Shown piece after piece: positions 25,576 to 36,890 of a stretch of DNA of 64,000 nucleotides (position 1 is the first letter of the stretch; the number at the start of each line of letters is the position of its first letter). Made by a program: the position numbers and the translations under genes. The stretch comes from Camelus ferus. Its lineage: Eukaryota. The stretch lies in assembly GCF_009834535.1 (NCBI RefSeq), contig NC_045696.1:46068001-46132000 (forward strand). Direction: 5' to 3'. Below the pieces are notes generated by a model. That model was given only the letters and a program-made list of their open reading frames with translations. It did no database searches and was not told the origin of the DNA.

Positions 25576-25629
25576 ATGGTGGAATTTTTGTGCTCTCCCA
25601 GTTCTCATTAACAAAGTTTCTCATTACTC
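25576..25629 (-). CDS. Predicted small ORF, exon 2 (54 nt, phase 1-1; GVMRNFVNENWESTKIPP)
   Basis: Acceptor ttgtgtttgaactcttag|G, donor CAT|gtaagt, followed by an 89-nt intron. Exon status is better supported than coding status. Confidence 0.35.
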
Positions 25630-27241
25630 CTAAGAGTTCAAACACAAATAAATATTTCTACTACTTCCAGGTCCAGTTCCACCTAATTTCACTCTTCTCT
25701 ACTGAAATCAAATGTGCATCTGGTTTACACAAGGTACAGCCAGTACCAGGCAACTAGTAAGTAAGTGCTCATATTTTGCTAAACAGATATTTATTACAAA
25801 TGTATGCAAACTTTGTACAAAGTGCTGGAATATGAGGGATTATGCAAAGATACATAAAAAGGATAGCCTGATTTGTAATTTAAACAAATAGAATGAATAA
25901 AAATACAAATAAAATAAAACAGGGAAGAGAAGAAATGAAATGAAAGGAAATAACATGATAAAGTAAAAAGGAATGGACAAATTGTTTTTCTACTCTTGGC
26001 TCATTCTTACATGATTATCATACTGTTGTTCTACATTTTTCTAAATTACTGTATCAACCTAAAGACATAGTCTATTATATTTTTCCACCATGTCTTTAAC
26101 ACCTGCCCTAATGGAGAATATAAATTTAATGGAGTAAATAAACAGGAAGACATCACACAAGAGAAAATTCTATACAGACCAAAACCAACACTGTGAAAAT
26201 AACTACCTCAAGCATTAAGGCATCAGCTTATTAACTGTTACCTGAAATAAATCATCTAAATGTTTTCTCAAATTTTTATTTCTTAAACTCCATTTGTGCC
26301 TTTGAAGTGGGGACTTCAGAAGTTAGAAGTGACATTCCTAGTGGTATTTACAGTCAAGAGTAAATCTTTTAAGAGTAGTTCAGGCTGGATTTCTAGGTTT
26401 ATCATAACAGGATGTAATTTTGCATATAAACATGCATATGATTTTCTAAAGATTAAAAGATTCCTTTCTAGTTGTGTTCCTCATGGAGAAAGAGTCTGAC
26501 CAAAAACCAAATGACAAGGCCTCTAGCTTTTAAATTACCTTTACTGAGTAAGAGGGGATCCTGGCACCTTATTACTCAATCCCTCTATAGGGCTGGCGTG
26601 CAGGAACTAGCAGACCATGGTTGCCAGAGTTTTGAAAACCTGGAACAAATAACATGAAACTTCCATGCTCAAACACACCCATTTGCACATGGGCTGACTT
26701 CCATCCAGGAGATAGTCCTGACCTCTTTAGAAATTGAAGAGTAAGCCAGGGAATCAGCTCATAATCAGGGAATTATGTGCTTCTGCTCTGTCTCAAGGGC
26801 CCCAATCCACATCCCAGTGGCTCTGATAAGCTTCCATGACCAAACCCACAAACAAGAGGCAGAAGACCTGAAGGCTCACAAATGACCCATCCAGGCTCTT
26901 CTGTGGAGGCAACACAGTTTCTACCCGACACCCTCTGAGGAATGTGAACCATCTGTTCGGGATTAAACTGCTTTACCGTCTTTGTATATAAATTATTCAC
27001 TACCCCTCTCCTTTTGCATATTTTGCTCTCCATTTTCTCTGTCTATTCCCTGCTCTCACTTCACCAATTTTTCTCTGAGCTACTTCAACTGCTTTGTGCT
27101 CTACTCCCTTCAGAAACTTAAAAAGGAAATGGATTCATTAGCCAAATAACTGAATCATAAATTTTTTTTGACATACTGGGGAGTATGGAAAGCTGTCTAG
27201 AGATTTCTCTGATATTCAGCTTTTTAGAAAACAATTCCTTA

Positions 27242-27290
27242 AATTATCCTGATTTAAACCTTTGGACTACTTCGTCTTTGATGGCATGCT
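27242..27290 (+). mobile_element. Tc1/mariner transposase relic
   Basis: With one base missing, aat tat cct gat tta aac ct- ttg gac tac ttc gtc reads NYPDLNxLDYFV, like the Tc1-family SPDLNPLDY motif. Confidence 0.4.
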
Positions 27291-27331
27291 AGCATTAAAA
27301 CGTGGAACGTTAGGAAAACCCATTGCCGTCG

Positions 27332-27365
27332 TCAGTGCTACCACATGAACAGCAGGGGGCAATAG
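27332..27365 (+). promoter_or_regulatory. CTCF-like motif with possible upstream module
   Basis: Core aacagcagggggcaata preceded by tcagtgctacc. Confidence 0.5.
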
Positions 27366-28399
27366 CATACCAAGAATTGTGGAAACTGTCTCAGCCTGTA
27401 GGAAACTGTTGGATTGCTGCACTGGGTCTGTGTACCCTAGCGCGATGATCTCAGCTCTCAGATGAAGTCTTTTGTTTTGTGTCCTATTTTACAATGCACT
27501 GTTCAGTTTTCTATGAGTTGTGACTTATTCAGACAGCATTTCACTGTGACAGTTTAGCTTAAGAAAAAGAAAGGTGGAGGAAAAAAAAAGAGGAAAGAGG
27601 AAGAAAATTAAAGTGCTGCCAAATGAAACACAGAAAGACAAGGAGGAAGTAATCCTGCCTGTATCTAAAGTTTGTCCCTTCTCTGTTCCCATCCATTTGA
27701 AGCTTGAACATTGTTTTTCTGGATTACAGACTTAATTCACCCCATCCCTTCCCCCGTAGACACACCGATTTCATTCTATCTTCTCTACCATACGGTTTTC
27801 TGTTAAAACAACAGATTTCTTTATAAAAAGAAAAAAACTGTTTTAAGCCAAATATTTGACTTTTTAGAAGAATTCAAAAAACTTCTATGTCATGTGCTGG
27901 CCTTTAGTCAAGCTTCTCTGTACAGAATTGTAATGTTTTTCTCTGCTTTTTAAACGTTTATTAGTCAAGATACATTTCATTGATATGTTTCAATAAGGTT
28001 CTTCCCCTGTAAATTCACACCTTCAGCTCAACAGCAAAAAGCTGTAGTTGTGAACCTATATCTGACACTGTGTTTGGGGGTAAATATAAAGTGGTAACTG
28101 GAACACCAGAGATCTGAATATAACAAGGATCATTTCCACTGCACTGGAAAGGTGTTTCATCATCCAACCTTCAAAATCAGCAAGATTAAACTATTTCATG
28201 CATAATTTGAGTTGCACCCCAAAATATAAAACTCGTAAGATTCACTTCCTCTCCTACCTAAGCTGTAATTCCCACTTATTAATGTATTCCTACAAAGTTA
28301 TTAATTTATGACAGTAGGATGGCAGAAGTAATTTTATTTCAACATGTGGCACCCAAATTCCTCTTCAAGGGATTGTTCACTCTCTGAGACTGACGGCCC

Positions 28400-28745
28400 T
28401 AACTGATCTCTTGACCTCATTCCCTCTGGCTTATCTCCTAACATTCTCCTGCACACACCACTCTAGTCACATCAGCCTCTTCGCTGCCCTTTGAAAATAC
28501 ACCAAGAAATCTTGTGCCTCCGGGCCTTGCCCAGCTGTTCTCTCAGTCAGGGTAAGTCTTACCTCACTTATCAAAACAACTCATACCTTCACCTACTTCA
28601 AGAGTTTGTGCAAAAGTCACCTTCTCAGTGAGACCTTCCCTGACCACCTACTTAAAATGGAAAATACCTCCCCTCCAGCATTTCCTACCCTCCCCCTTCT
28701 CCTTTATTTTCCTCAATAACATTTATCATCAAATATGCTATATAT
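28400..28745 (+). mobile_element. L2 fragment
   Basis: gcctccgggccttg...aaagtcaccttctcagtgagaccttccctgaccacc. Confidence 0.7.
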
Positions 28746-28769
28746 TACATATAAATATAATATAAAATG

Positions 28770-31200
28770 AGATATCTGAGTTCAAACATATCAACCAATA
28801 GACAGCGTAACCGCCCCCCATTAAAAGGACAAAAAAACCCAGTTGATTCCAAAGCAAAACCCAACTCTATGCTCTATACAAAAGACAAAGACATACCTAA
28901 AGCAAAGTAATTTCAGAAATGCTAACAATGAAAGGCTGCACAAAGGAATACCAAGAAAGTATAAATATAAAGAAAGAATTATGATTCTGAAATACAATTA
29001 AGTAGTATTCAGATCAAAAAACCACTACCAAGTCAAACAGCACCTTATAATGTTAAAGGCTACAATTTGCCATGAAAATAAAATATTTATGAAAGATATG
29101 CAGCAAATAACAGTAGCTTCTTTCATTCAGCAGAAACTACAAGAGATTCAAAAAGACTAGAAACACATAAATATAGCAAATTTTGGTATGCTTCTTAGTC
29201 CAAGATCAAAAAATGGTACCAAAAAACATTTAGAATAATTGAGTTTACAGTCACATATAGAGACATGTATAAGTTACATAAAGAAAAATACAAATAATAT
29301 TCTCCATCAACAAAATAATAAAAGTAGGAATCCACAGCAATCATAGCCTTTCTACCTTGAAATTTAAATTTTTTCTACTAAACATAGCTTGGCTCAGGGA
29401 AAAAATACCAATTGATACAGAAAATTTCTAGAAAAAAATCATGAAAACATGTTATCAGAGTTTATAAGATACTGCTAAAGAGTGTTCGAAATAAGATTCA
29501 TGGAAAATATTTATATTATAAAAATGAGAGAAATAAATGAGTTAGACATTACACTCAAAATGTTAGAAATATCAAAGACTAGCTTTTTTTAGTCCCACTT
29601 TGGAATTTTAAATTAAGCAACCTATATTTGAAAACAACCTGAATCAAATAAACCCAGCTGTATTAAACTGCATTTAGCACTCTTATAATGCATTATAACA
29701 TTGGTAGTTATTTTGAAGTTATTATATAAATTATGGAAAAAAGCAAGCAATTCTGTTAACATTGTTAGAAACTATGCTTTTCAGGAGAAAAGAGATGCAA
29801 TATAAAATTAAAGAAGTAAAAAAAATTCTATAATCTTTCATTAGAATTGGAATACCAGCACAAATTTATGATTTATCTTTCTTTGAAAAACTACATATTC
29901 CCTAGTACTTGTATTGAAAAGTCTGAGAAGTAACAAGACTTTTAGCCATGAACAACCTTACGTACACAGATTGTGGTCACCAAATACGTTTTACACTGAA
30001 AGCAATGAAATCTCCTTTGAGAAATGGCTGATTCTGGGTCTAGAGCAGTAAATGAGACTGTTCCAATATGAGACTGGGACTCTTATTAAAGTGTCTGAAA
30101 GCAAGGAAGCTATCAAGACATTTGAGGTTGTCAAATGAACAGAGAAGCCAAAGATGGGCAATTTGAGCTTTAAAATGAATAATCACTGCAATTATGTAAG
30201 TGTAAATAGAGATGCCAATATAATCAATGCAAAACTAGAAGCAATAGGAGATTAAGATAGCAAGATATAAAATTACATACAGAAATCAATATGTTCATAT
30301 ACTGAAGCAATAAGCAGTTACAGGGGAAAACAGAAGAGATGACTCATTTACATTACCAAAGAAATTTTTTTTAATATCCTAGGACTAAACCTAATAAGAA
30401 TTGTGCAAAACCAATATGAGAGAAGCTTTAAAGCTTTCCTGAAAGATACAAAACTGCTGACTTGAGTAAAATGAAAAATAAAACTTGCTCCTCAATTGAA
30501 TAATGCAAAATCATAAATTGATGCCAATTTTAAAGTAATTTTATGGAGTTAGATTCTATAATTTACATGGAAAAAATAAATAAGCAAGACTATCCAAAAA
30601 ACAGGAAAGAAAATAAGATAACAGCATGAGGCAGGCCTAGATCTATGAGATATTGGAAAATATACGGTTTCTATAATTAAAGCAGTAAAATATTAGCCCA
30701 CGAGTAGTCAAGCAGATCTATGTGGAAAAAAAAGAAAATACAGATATAGAGCCAAGTACAATGTGGAAATTTATGTATGTGATAAAGTGGTATCTCAAAT
30801 CACTGGGAGATAAATGGACTTAATAAAATTAAACGTTGGAACAGCTAGAGAGTCCTTTGAAATAGAAAAAAATGGATATAAAATCACCTAGGAGAATTCC
30901 AGTCAAAAACAAAAAATTCAACGTGAATCTTACAGCGAGGATGAATCTGAGTACCCAAATTGAAGGATATTCTGGAAAACCGCTGGCCTGAACTTTTCAA
31001 AAAGTCAATGCCACAAAAAAAATAAACAAAAATGGCTGGGGAAATAGTCTAAATTAAAAGTAACTAGAGACTCGAACTTTGTTAAATTCTGGATTTATAT
31101 TTTACAAACAACAATAGGGCAAGAAAGGATTTGGCGTAGGGTGGGGGATACAATCGAGGAAATTCTAATATGACCTATATATTACATTATAGTAATGTGA
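28770..31200 (+). mobile_element. Cluster of old L1M fragments (ORF2 and 3'UTR pieces)
   Basis: A-rich; aaaacccaactctatgctctataca, ttgagaaatggctgattctgggtctagagcag, ggactaaacctaataagaattgtgcaaaacc, ggcctgaacttttcaaaaagtcaatg. Confidence 0.75.
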
Positions 31201-31284
31201 CACCGTTTAGTGGATTCTGACTTCTTGTGTCTGAAGAGCCTAATGATACATTTCTTAAAGACACTACCCTGCAATCCTATAGGA

Positions 31285-31503
31285 CAGTAGTCCTCAATTG
31301 GGGTGATTTTGCACTGCCCTGCCCCCCACACACATCTGACAATGTCTGAAAACATTTTTGGTTGTCACCAGCGGAGGAGGGGAAGGGAGGGTTGCTACTG
31401 GCATCTAATGAGCAGAGGCCAGAAATGCTACTAAACACTTGTGCAATGCACATCTCCCCTCCCCCACAACAAAGAATCGTCACGCCCAAAATCAATAGCG
31501 CCA
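31285..31503 (+). mobile_element. MER20 (hAT-Charlie)
   Basis: cagtagtcctcaattggggtgattttgc...acatttttggttgtcac...gctactggcatctaatgagcagaggccag...ccccacaacaaagaat. Confidence 0.88.
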
Positions 31504-31832
31504 CGGCAATGATGTAGGAGAATCCCTAACTCCTACAAGACAGTAGTGATATATTAGGCTGAAAAAAATGAAATTGTCCTTTGCGTACCGCAAACATTGG
31601 TCATATTTAAGGGTGAAGAGTTATGATGTACACAACTAACTCAAACAGTTCCGCAAAAAAACACTGTACGCGTCCTTCCGCCCAGCTTCCCTCCTCCCTC
31701 GGGTACCCAGGCGGGGTCGCACTCCTCCCGGGCTGAGGACCCACCGGGCCTGCGCCGTGGGAGCAGCGGGCGAGCAGCACTGCGCAGGCGCTAGGCGGCC
31801 GCACCCACAGGGCGCGTCTCCAAAAGTTACAG

Positions 31833-31980
31833 ATGCGCTGGCGGAGCGCTCAGTCGGCGGGGCTGCCCACCGCAGAGAACAGGAAAGAGAACTCCCGAGA
31901 CGCTCCGTTGGCATCTCCAGACGTGGCAACGCTGCTTACCTGCTTGAATACCGCTCCTCTGCCGTCCGCTGAGGGCTGCA
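31833..31980 (+). CDS. Predicted plus-strand ORF, exon 1 coding part (49 codons + 1 nt)
   Basis: ATG at 31833, open to donor GCA|gtgagc at 31980/31981. Confidence 0.18.
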
Positions 31981-31988
31981 GTGAGCAT
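31940..31988 (-). CDS. Predicted small ORF, exon 1 coding part (MLTAALSGRQRSGIQA)
   Basis: gccATG with an in-frame TAA two codons upstream; strong donor CAG|gtaagc at 31940/31939. Confidence 0.33.
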
Positions 31989-32181
31989 GGCTTATCGTTT
32001 GGAGCCCTCTGCCAGGAAGTGCCAGTGATGTGTGGCCCGCGGTGCCTGACCATCCCGGTCCAGACTGGATTCTCCAGAGATGAGCTTTTACCCTCTCCTT
32101 AGTGGATTCTGACTTCCTGTGTCCGACAAGCCTGGGCATTACTAAATCTCCTGATAACCCTAACCGAAAGTTTCCTTGCAG

Positions 32182-32224
32182 GCCCAGTCCCCACCTGGCT
32201 CCTCACCAGCAAGAGCTTACCCAG
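32182..32224 (+). other. Candidate 43-nt internal exon of a plus-strand transcript
   Basis: Branch-like ccctaac, acceptor tttccttgcag|G, donor CAG|gtaaca. Confidence 0.35.
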
Positions 32225-32274
32225 GTAACATTTTAAAATACCTTAAAAATTTTCAGCCTAGAGTTTCTTATTCA

Positions 32275-32435
32275 AGGAATTGGTAGTCTTCTGTGAAAAG
32301 CCAGGTAGCAAATATTTTAGGGTTTGCAGGCCAGGAACAGTCTTTGGGGCTTATTTGTCTTTTTTTTTTTTTTTTTTTTAACAACCTCATACTAATGTAA
32401 AAACCGCTCTCAGCTTCTGGCCTTACATAAAACAG
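32275..32435 (+). mobile_element. MER58-like hAT fragment
   Basis: ttctgtgaaaagccaggtagcaaatattttagggtttgcaggcc...aatgtaaaaaccgctctcagct. Confidence 0.65.
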
Positions 32436-33019
32436 AGGAATAACAATGATTAGGCTCTGATCTTTCCATTTACCCAGCACGGAGGCTAGAGCTTCGGCTC
32501 CTCGTCCGACCAGTTCTGCAGTAAGGACTTAGGTTCCAGAAGGACTACGACTCGCTGGGTTCACTGGGTCCCACCTGCTGAGGCTTCACAATTTTTTGGG
32601 TCCCTACACTTGCACCTCTGCTCTTCCCCGCCGGGTGGCCGCTACTGAGTTCCTGGCAGTCAGCAAGACCGCCAGGAAATCCCCAGACCAGCAGCCACAC
32701 CCTCCTTCACTCTAAAATGGCAATCCCTTCCTATCTGGGCGCAAAAGCCAGAGTCCTTACACTGTTACTAAATTGGTATAAACGTAATACAAGGAGATCT
32801 CAGACCACTGTATCCTTATAGCATTTTTTCTAGTGATAAATGTAATACATGTCCACAATGGTAATTTGGAAAATACTGAAAAGTATATAGAAGAACATTA
32901 AAATTCAGCATAATTCCAACCCACAAAAATTAACTGTCAAAATGCTTACGTATTCTTTTAGCTCTTCTTTTAAATGCGTACTAATAGTGCAACTTACTGA
33001 ACTGGATTTTAAAAAAATC

Positions 33020-34600
33020 TTAATGAACTTTTGTTGAAGTATAAAATCCAGGAAAGTGGGCAAACTGTAAATGTACAGTTCAGTAAACTTTCAAAGACTA
33101 ACACAAACACACCTTGCAACCAATACCCAGATCAAGAAATAGAGAATGCCTAGCTCCTCCAGCTCCCTGCCCAGCCAGGGGTAACTTCTCCCCAAGTGTA
33201 ACCACTGTCTTATCCTCAAATACACAGATTAGTTTTGTCTTTTCTTTAATTTCACATGAAGTGAATTATTAAGTAAATATTCTTTAGTAGTTTATTTCTT
33301 TCACTCCATAATATATTTGAGATTCATCCATTGTTGTGTGTAACAGGTCTGTATTTTATGCTGTATGGCAGTTAATTGTGTGAATGTACTGCAGCTTACC
33401 ATTTATACAGTTTTTTTAAGTTTCAGTTATATTGAGATACAATGCACATACCATACAATTTTCATCTATTAAAGTGTATAGTTTAATGTTTCTTTAGTGT
33501 ATTCACGGGTAAGTGCAACCACTGGCAGGCACAATCAATTGTACAACACTTTAATCACCTCAAAACAACTGCATACTGTCTAGCTGTCACTCCCCTATGA
33601 TACCCTCCATCCTTTCTAGTCCTCAGTAACCACTAATTTACTTTTTGTCTCTGTAGATTTACCTGTTCTGGTCATTTTATTAAAATGGAATCATATAATA
33701 TGTCTTTTGTGACTGATCCCTTATATTGATACTGGGTTATTCATGTTACTTCCAGGCTTGGGGCTATTACAAATAATACTGCTGTGAACATTATTATACT
33801 CATCAGTATATGTATCTAAAGATATATATGTATCACATAGATACACATTTCTATTGGGATATACACCTAAAAGTAGAATAGCTCCAACATAGGTTTTGTT
33901 GATAGTGCCAAACAGTTTTTCAAATTTACTCTCCCAGCAGCAGTGTATAATGAGTTTTCATTGCTCCACACCCTCACCAACGGTTGGTGATTGTATGGTT
34001 TCAATTTACACTTCTGTTTAAAAAAAATTTACACTTCTCTGATGACTAATGTAAGAGAGCCTCTTTACATGTAATTATTAGTCATGTGAATATCCGCTTT
34101 AGTAAAATGCCTTTTGGTTCTTTATTTCATTTTTGGTCAGGGAGAGAGTTGTTTATCTTTTTCTATTTGTTTTATATATTCTAGTTGTGAGGCCATTTTC
34201 ATTTATGAGCACTGCAAAAAAAAAAAAAAAAAAGAAGCAAAACAAAACACTTTTCCTAACCTGTGACTTGCATTTTAACTATCTCATTGTTAAATTTTAA
34301 TGACTATAAAATTTTTCTGGAAGTCTAATTTATCAGCCTTCTTTTATGGTTAGTGCCTTTGCTATCCTAAGAAATCACTGCCTACAGGAACCTTCTCCTA
34401 TGTTATCATCTAAAAAAAATGTTTTTCTTTGAATTTTTAAATCTATTAACCATGTAGAATTGATTTTAGTAGAGTATGCAGTAAATGTTAATTTTTTTTT
34501 TTTTCATATAGCTATCCAGCTTACCCAGGTCCTTTTCTTGAAAGACCATTCTTTTCCTACTGCCCTGCAGTGTCACCTTTCTCATAAATCAATAAAATCA
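33020..34600 (-). mobile_element. Old L1M 3' region, probably with a nested L1 piece
   Basis: acccagatcaagaaatagag, gagattcatccattgttg, ctgctgtgaacatt, ctcccagcagcagtgtat, tctctgatgactaatg. Confidence 0.8.
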
Positions 34601-34719
34601 TAAGTCAGTCCAGATGTTAAAATTAGTACATAAGGTCTTGTAGTTTTCTAGTAGCCTCTTTAGGATTTTCTATGTTAAGGAATCTTACTAAAATAAGATG
34701 TAATGGGTGAAGAAGTAGA

Positions 34720-35045
34720 GAATTTTGAGAGAGATACAGATAATTTTTTTAATGAGATGGAAATCCCACAACTGAAAAATACAGTATCTGAAATAATTTG
34801 ATAGAATTATCAGTAGGTTGGACACAGTAGTAGAAAGCATCATTAAACTTGAAGTCCGGTCACTAGAAATCATCCGAATATAAGTAAACTGAGAGATACT
34901 TTAAATAAACAAAGCATTAATAACTGATAGAATACCATCAAGTGATCTAACATATATGAAACCGAAATCCTAAAAAGGAAGGAGAGAGAGCCTGGGGCAG
35001 GAAAAGACTTGAAAAAATATTAGCCAACGTTTTCCGGAACCGATC
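34720..35045 (+). mobile_element. L1 ORF1-region fragment
   Basis: agatggaaatcccacaactgaaaaatacagtatctg...aaacttgaag...gaaaaaatattagccaa. Confidence 0.65.
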
Positions 35046-35369
35046 AACTATATTTTATCTGGGATGTTTACTTGTTTTCAATGAAGAGTGTATCCCAGTA
35101 ACCTGGCTTGCCATGAATGGGATTTAGAAGTTAGCATAAATAAAGTTTTACATCTACAGGAATGAGGAGCAGGGCATTTTAAAGATGCACAAAATGTAGA
35201 AAAATGCTTTGTTGGTGGACCTGTCCCAAACATTATTGTACTTTTATCATAAATGTTGCCTACCCACTAGTACCATCCCAATCATAGTAATACCTAAATG
35301 TTCTCCTGGTTTTTCAAAACATCAGCTCGGTGCATAGTATGGCCCTCCATCCATTGAGAACCCCTCTCT

Positions 35370-35790
35370 CACATGATCTGCCATTGCCTCCTTTCCCCCA
35401 TGCCATTTCTAACTTCATCTTTTAATGCTCATATCTCTAAAACCACACTGGCCTCTTTCCATTTCGGGGCTCTGGGGATGGCTTCTCTTGCTTCCTGAAT
35501 GGTCCTCCCCGAGACACCTATATGACTGACCCTTTACTCCTCCTCAGGTTTTGTTCAAATGTCATTTTTTTTTTCAGTAAAACCTAGAGAGTAAAACAAA
35601 ACAAAAAACTTGCACATTCATTCCCCCATTTCTAGTTAATTTTTATCTGTAAACTTTATTTGAAATGCCGTGCATTTTAATTATTTAATTTCCTTACTAT
35701 CTCACTTTCCTCACCACTAGAATATAAGTTCCTGTGAGAAGAGAGGAATTTACCAATTATGTTCTCTGTAGTGTCTTCTATTCCTTAAAT
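35370..35790 (+). mobile_element. L2 fragment
   Basis: ccacactggcctctttcc...ttgttcaaatgtca...ccactagaatataagttcctgtgag. Confidence 0.65.
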
Positions 35791-36213
35791 GAGTAAAAAA
35801 TTATAACTGCTAACATTTTTCTCAGGGCTAGCATATGGGCAGCCTAAATTTATCCCTAATAACCCCTGAATCTTTCAAGATGTTTCTTCAGTTTTTCATG
35901 AATAAAGTCTTGACAGTATTCCAGTAATTTTTACATTTTTAAGGTTTACTTGAGAGTCTTAGCCAGAAAGGATCACAGCAGTAAAAGCACCAGCTTTTCA
36001 CCAAGGAGAATAAGAAATGTGATATGGTTGTTTCCAAAGCAACAAAAAGCTCTGCCTCGTTAAGTAGACTGAGGGCTCCTCCTTATTGGATTGAACTATC
36101 CAGTCACATAACTGAGGGTCCCCACACAAAGAAAAAAGTGCTTAGAGCTGTCATCACAAAGAAATTTGCCTTTCCAATTATAAGCTAATTTGTACCAACT
36201 TTTTTTTCTTCAG

Positions 36214-36370
36214 GCATTCAGACATCATGATGGATGATGAACTCTCAAAAAGGAAAAAGATGGAAAATCATCAAAATTACCATAAACTGTGCTCCCAACT
36301 AAATAAGTGTTTCCTTGTAGCATGTGCAGAGTCAAGGGAAATTATATTCCTACATTATTTAATCTACTAA
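36214..36370 (+). CDS. Candidate plus-strand exon 3 (RHSDIMMDDELSKRKK...YLIY*)
   Basis: Strong acceptor (gctaat branch, T-rich tract, cttcag|G); open to TAA at 36368-36370; AATAAA at 37190 and 37226. Confidence 0.22.
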
Positions 36371-36386
36371 CAACCTATTTACCTAG

Positions 36387-36890
36387 TGTCTTAATCTAGG
36401 TTATTCTTGAAAGCAGGGCCTTCAAAGGTAGACACATCTATTTGGGAATGTGATCCCAGGGAACAGGAATGAGACAGGAGTGAACAGGGGAAAAGGGAAA
36501 GAAAATCCAAGCAAAGCAAGGTAGTGTTATTGAGTGGGCCACTAGTGTTCATGGCTACTTAGTGCAGAACCTTCTCAGGATTCTTATTAAACTATGTCTC
36601 GAAACTGCCTGCCTGAGGGATGAAAAGGAGAAGCATTTATCTCTCAGTAGCTGAGGGCTACTTCCATGGGGTGTTAACCCTCCAGGACGAGAGCCTCACT
36701 GGTGCCACACCATCACACATGCTGCATCAGGGTAGCTTTGGGAAGGAAGCTAGATTCTTGATGCACGCCTGAGGTGAGGCACTGTCAGCACAGAGCTCAG
36801 TGAAACCTGCCTAGAGGTGTTCACCAGAGCTGCGGCTAGAACCAGAGGTAGAAGAGATGGGAGAGAGGGCACCAGAGGCATCTTCTAAGC
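36387..36890 (-). mobile_element. LTR16-like ERVL solo LTR
   Basis: tgtcttaatctaggtt...tatttgggaatgtgatcccagggaacagg...gagaagcatttatc. Confidence 0.65.

Larger units (their letters stand above)
31580..32140. promoter_or_regulatory. CpG island, probable bidirectional promoter
   Basis: Densest CpG segment of the window. NRF1-like TGCGCAGGCGC (31781-31791), GC boxes, ETS cores (caggaagt, acttcct), RFX half-site tggcaac. A weaker CpG shoulder lies at 32480-32750. Confidence 0.8.

Noticed and set aside
26237..26252. Minus-strand tttatttcag|gtaac resembling a recursive splice site
   Set aside because: Weak reconstituted donor, in an intron of only 6 kb; recursive sites are typical of very long introns.
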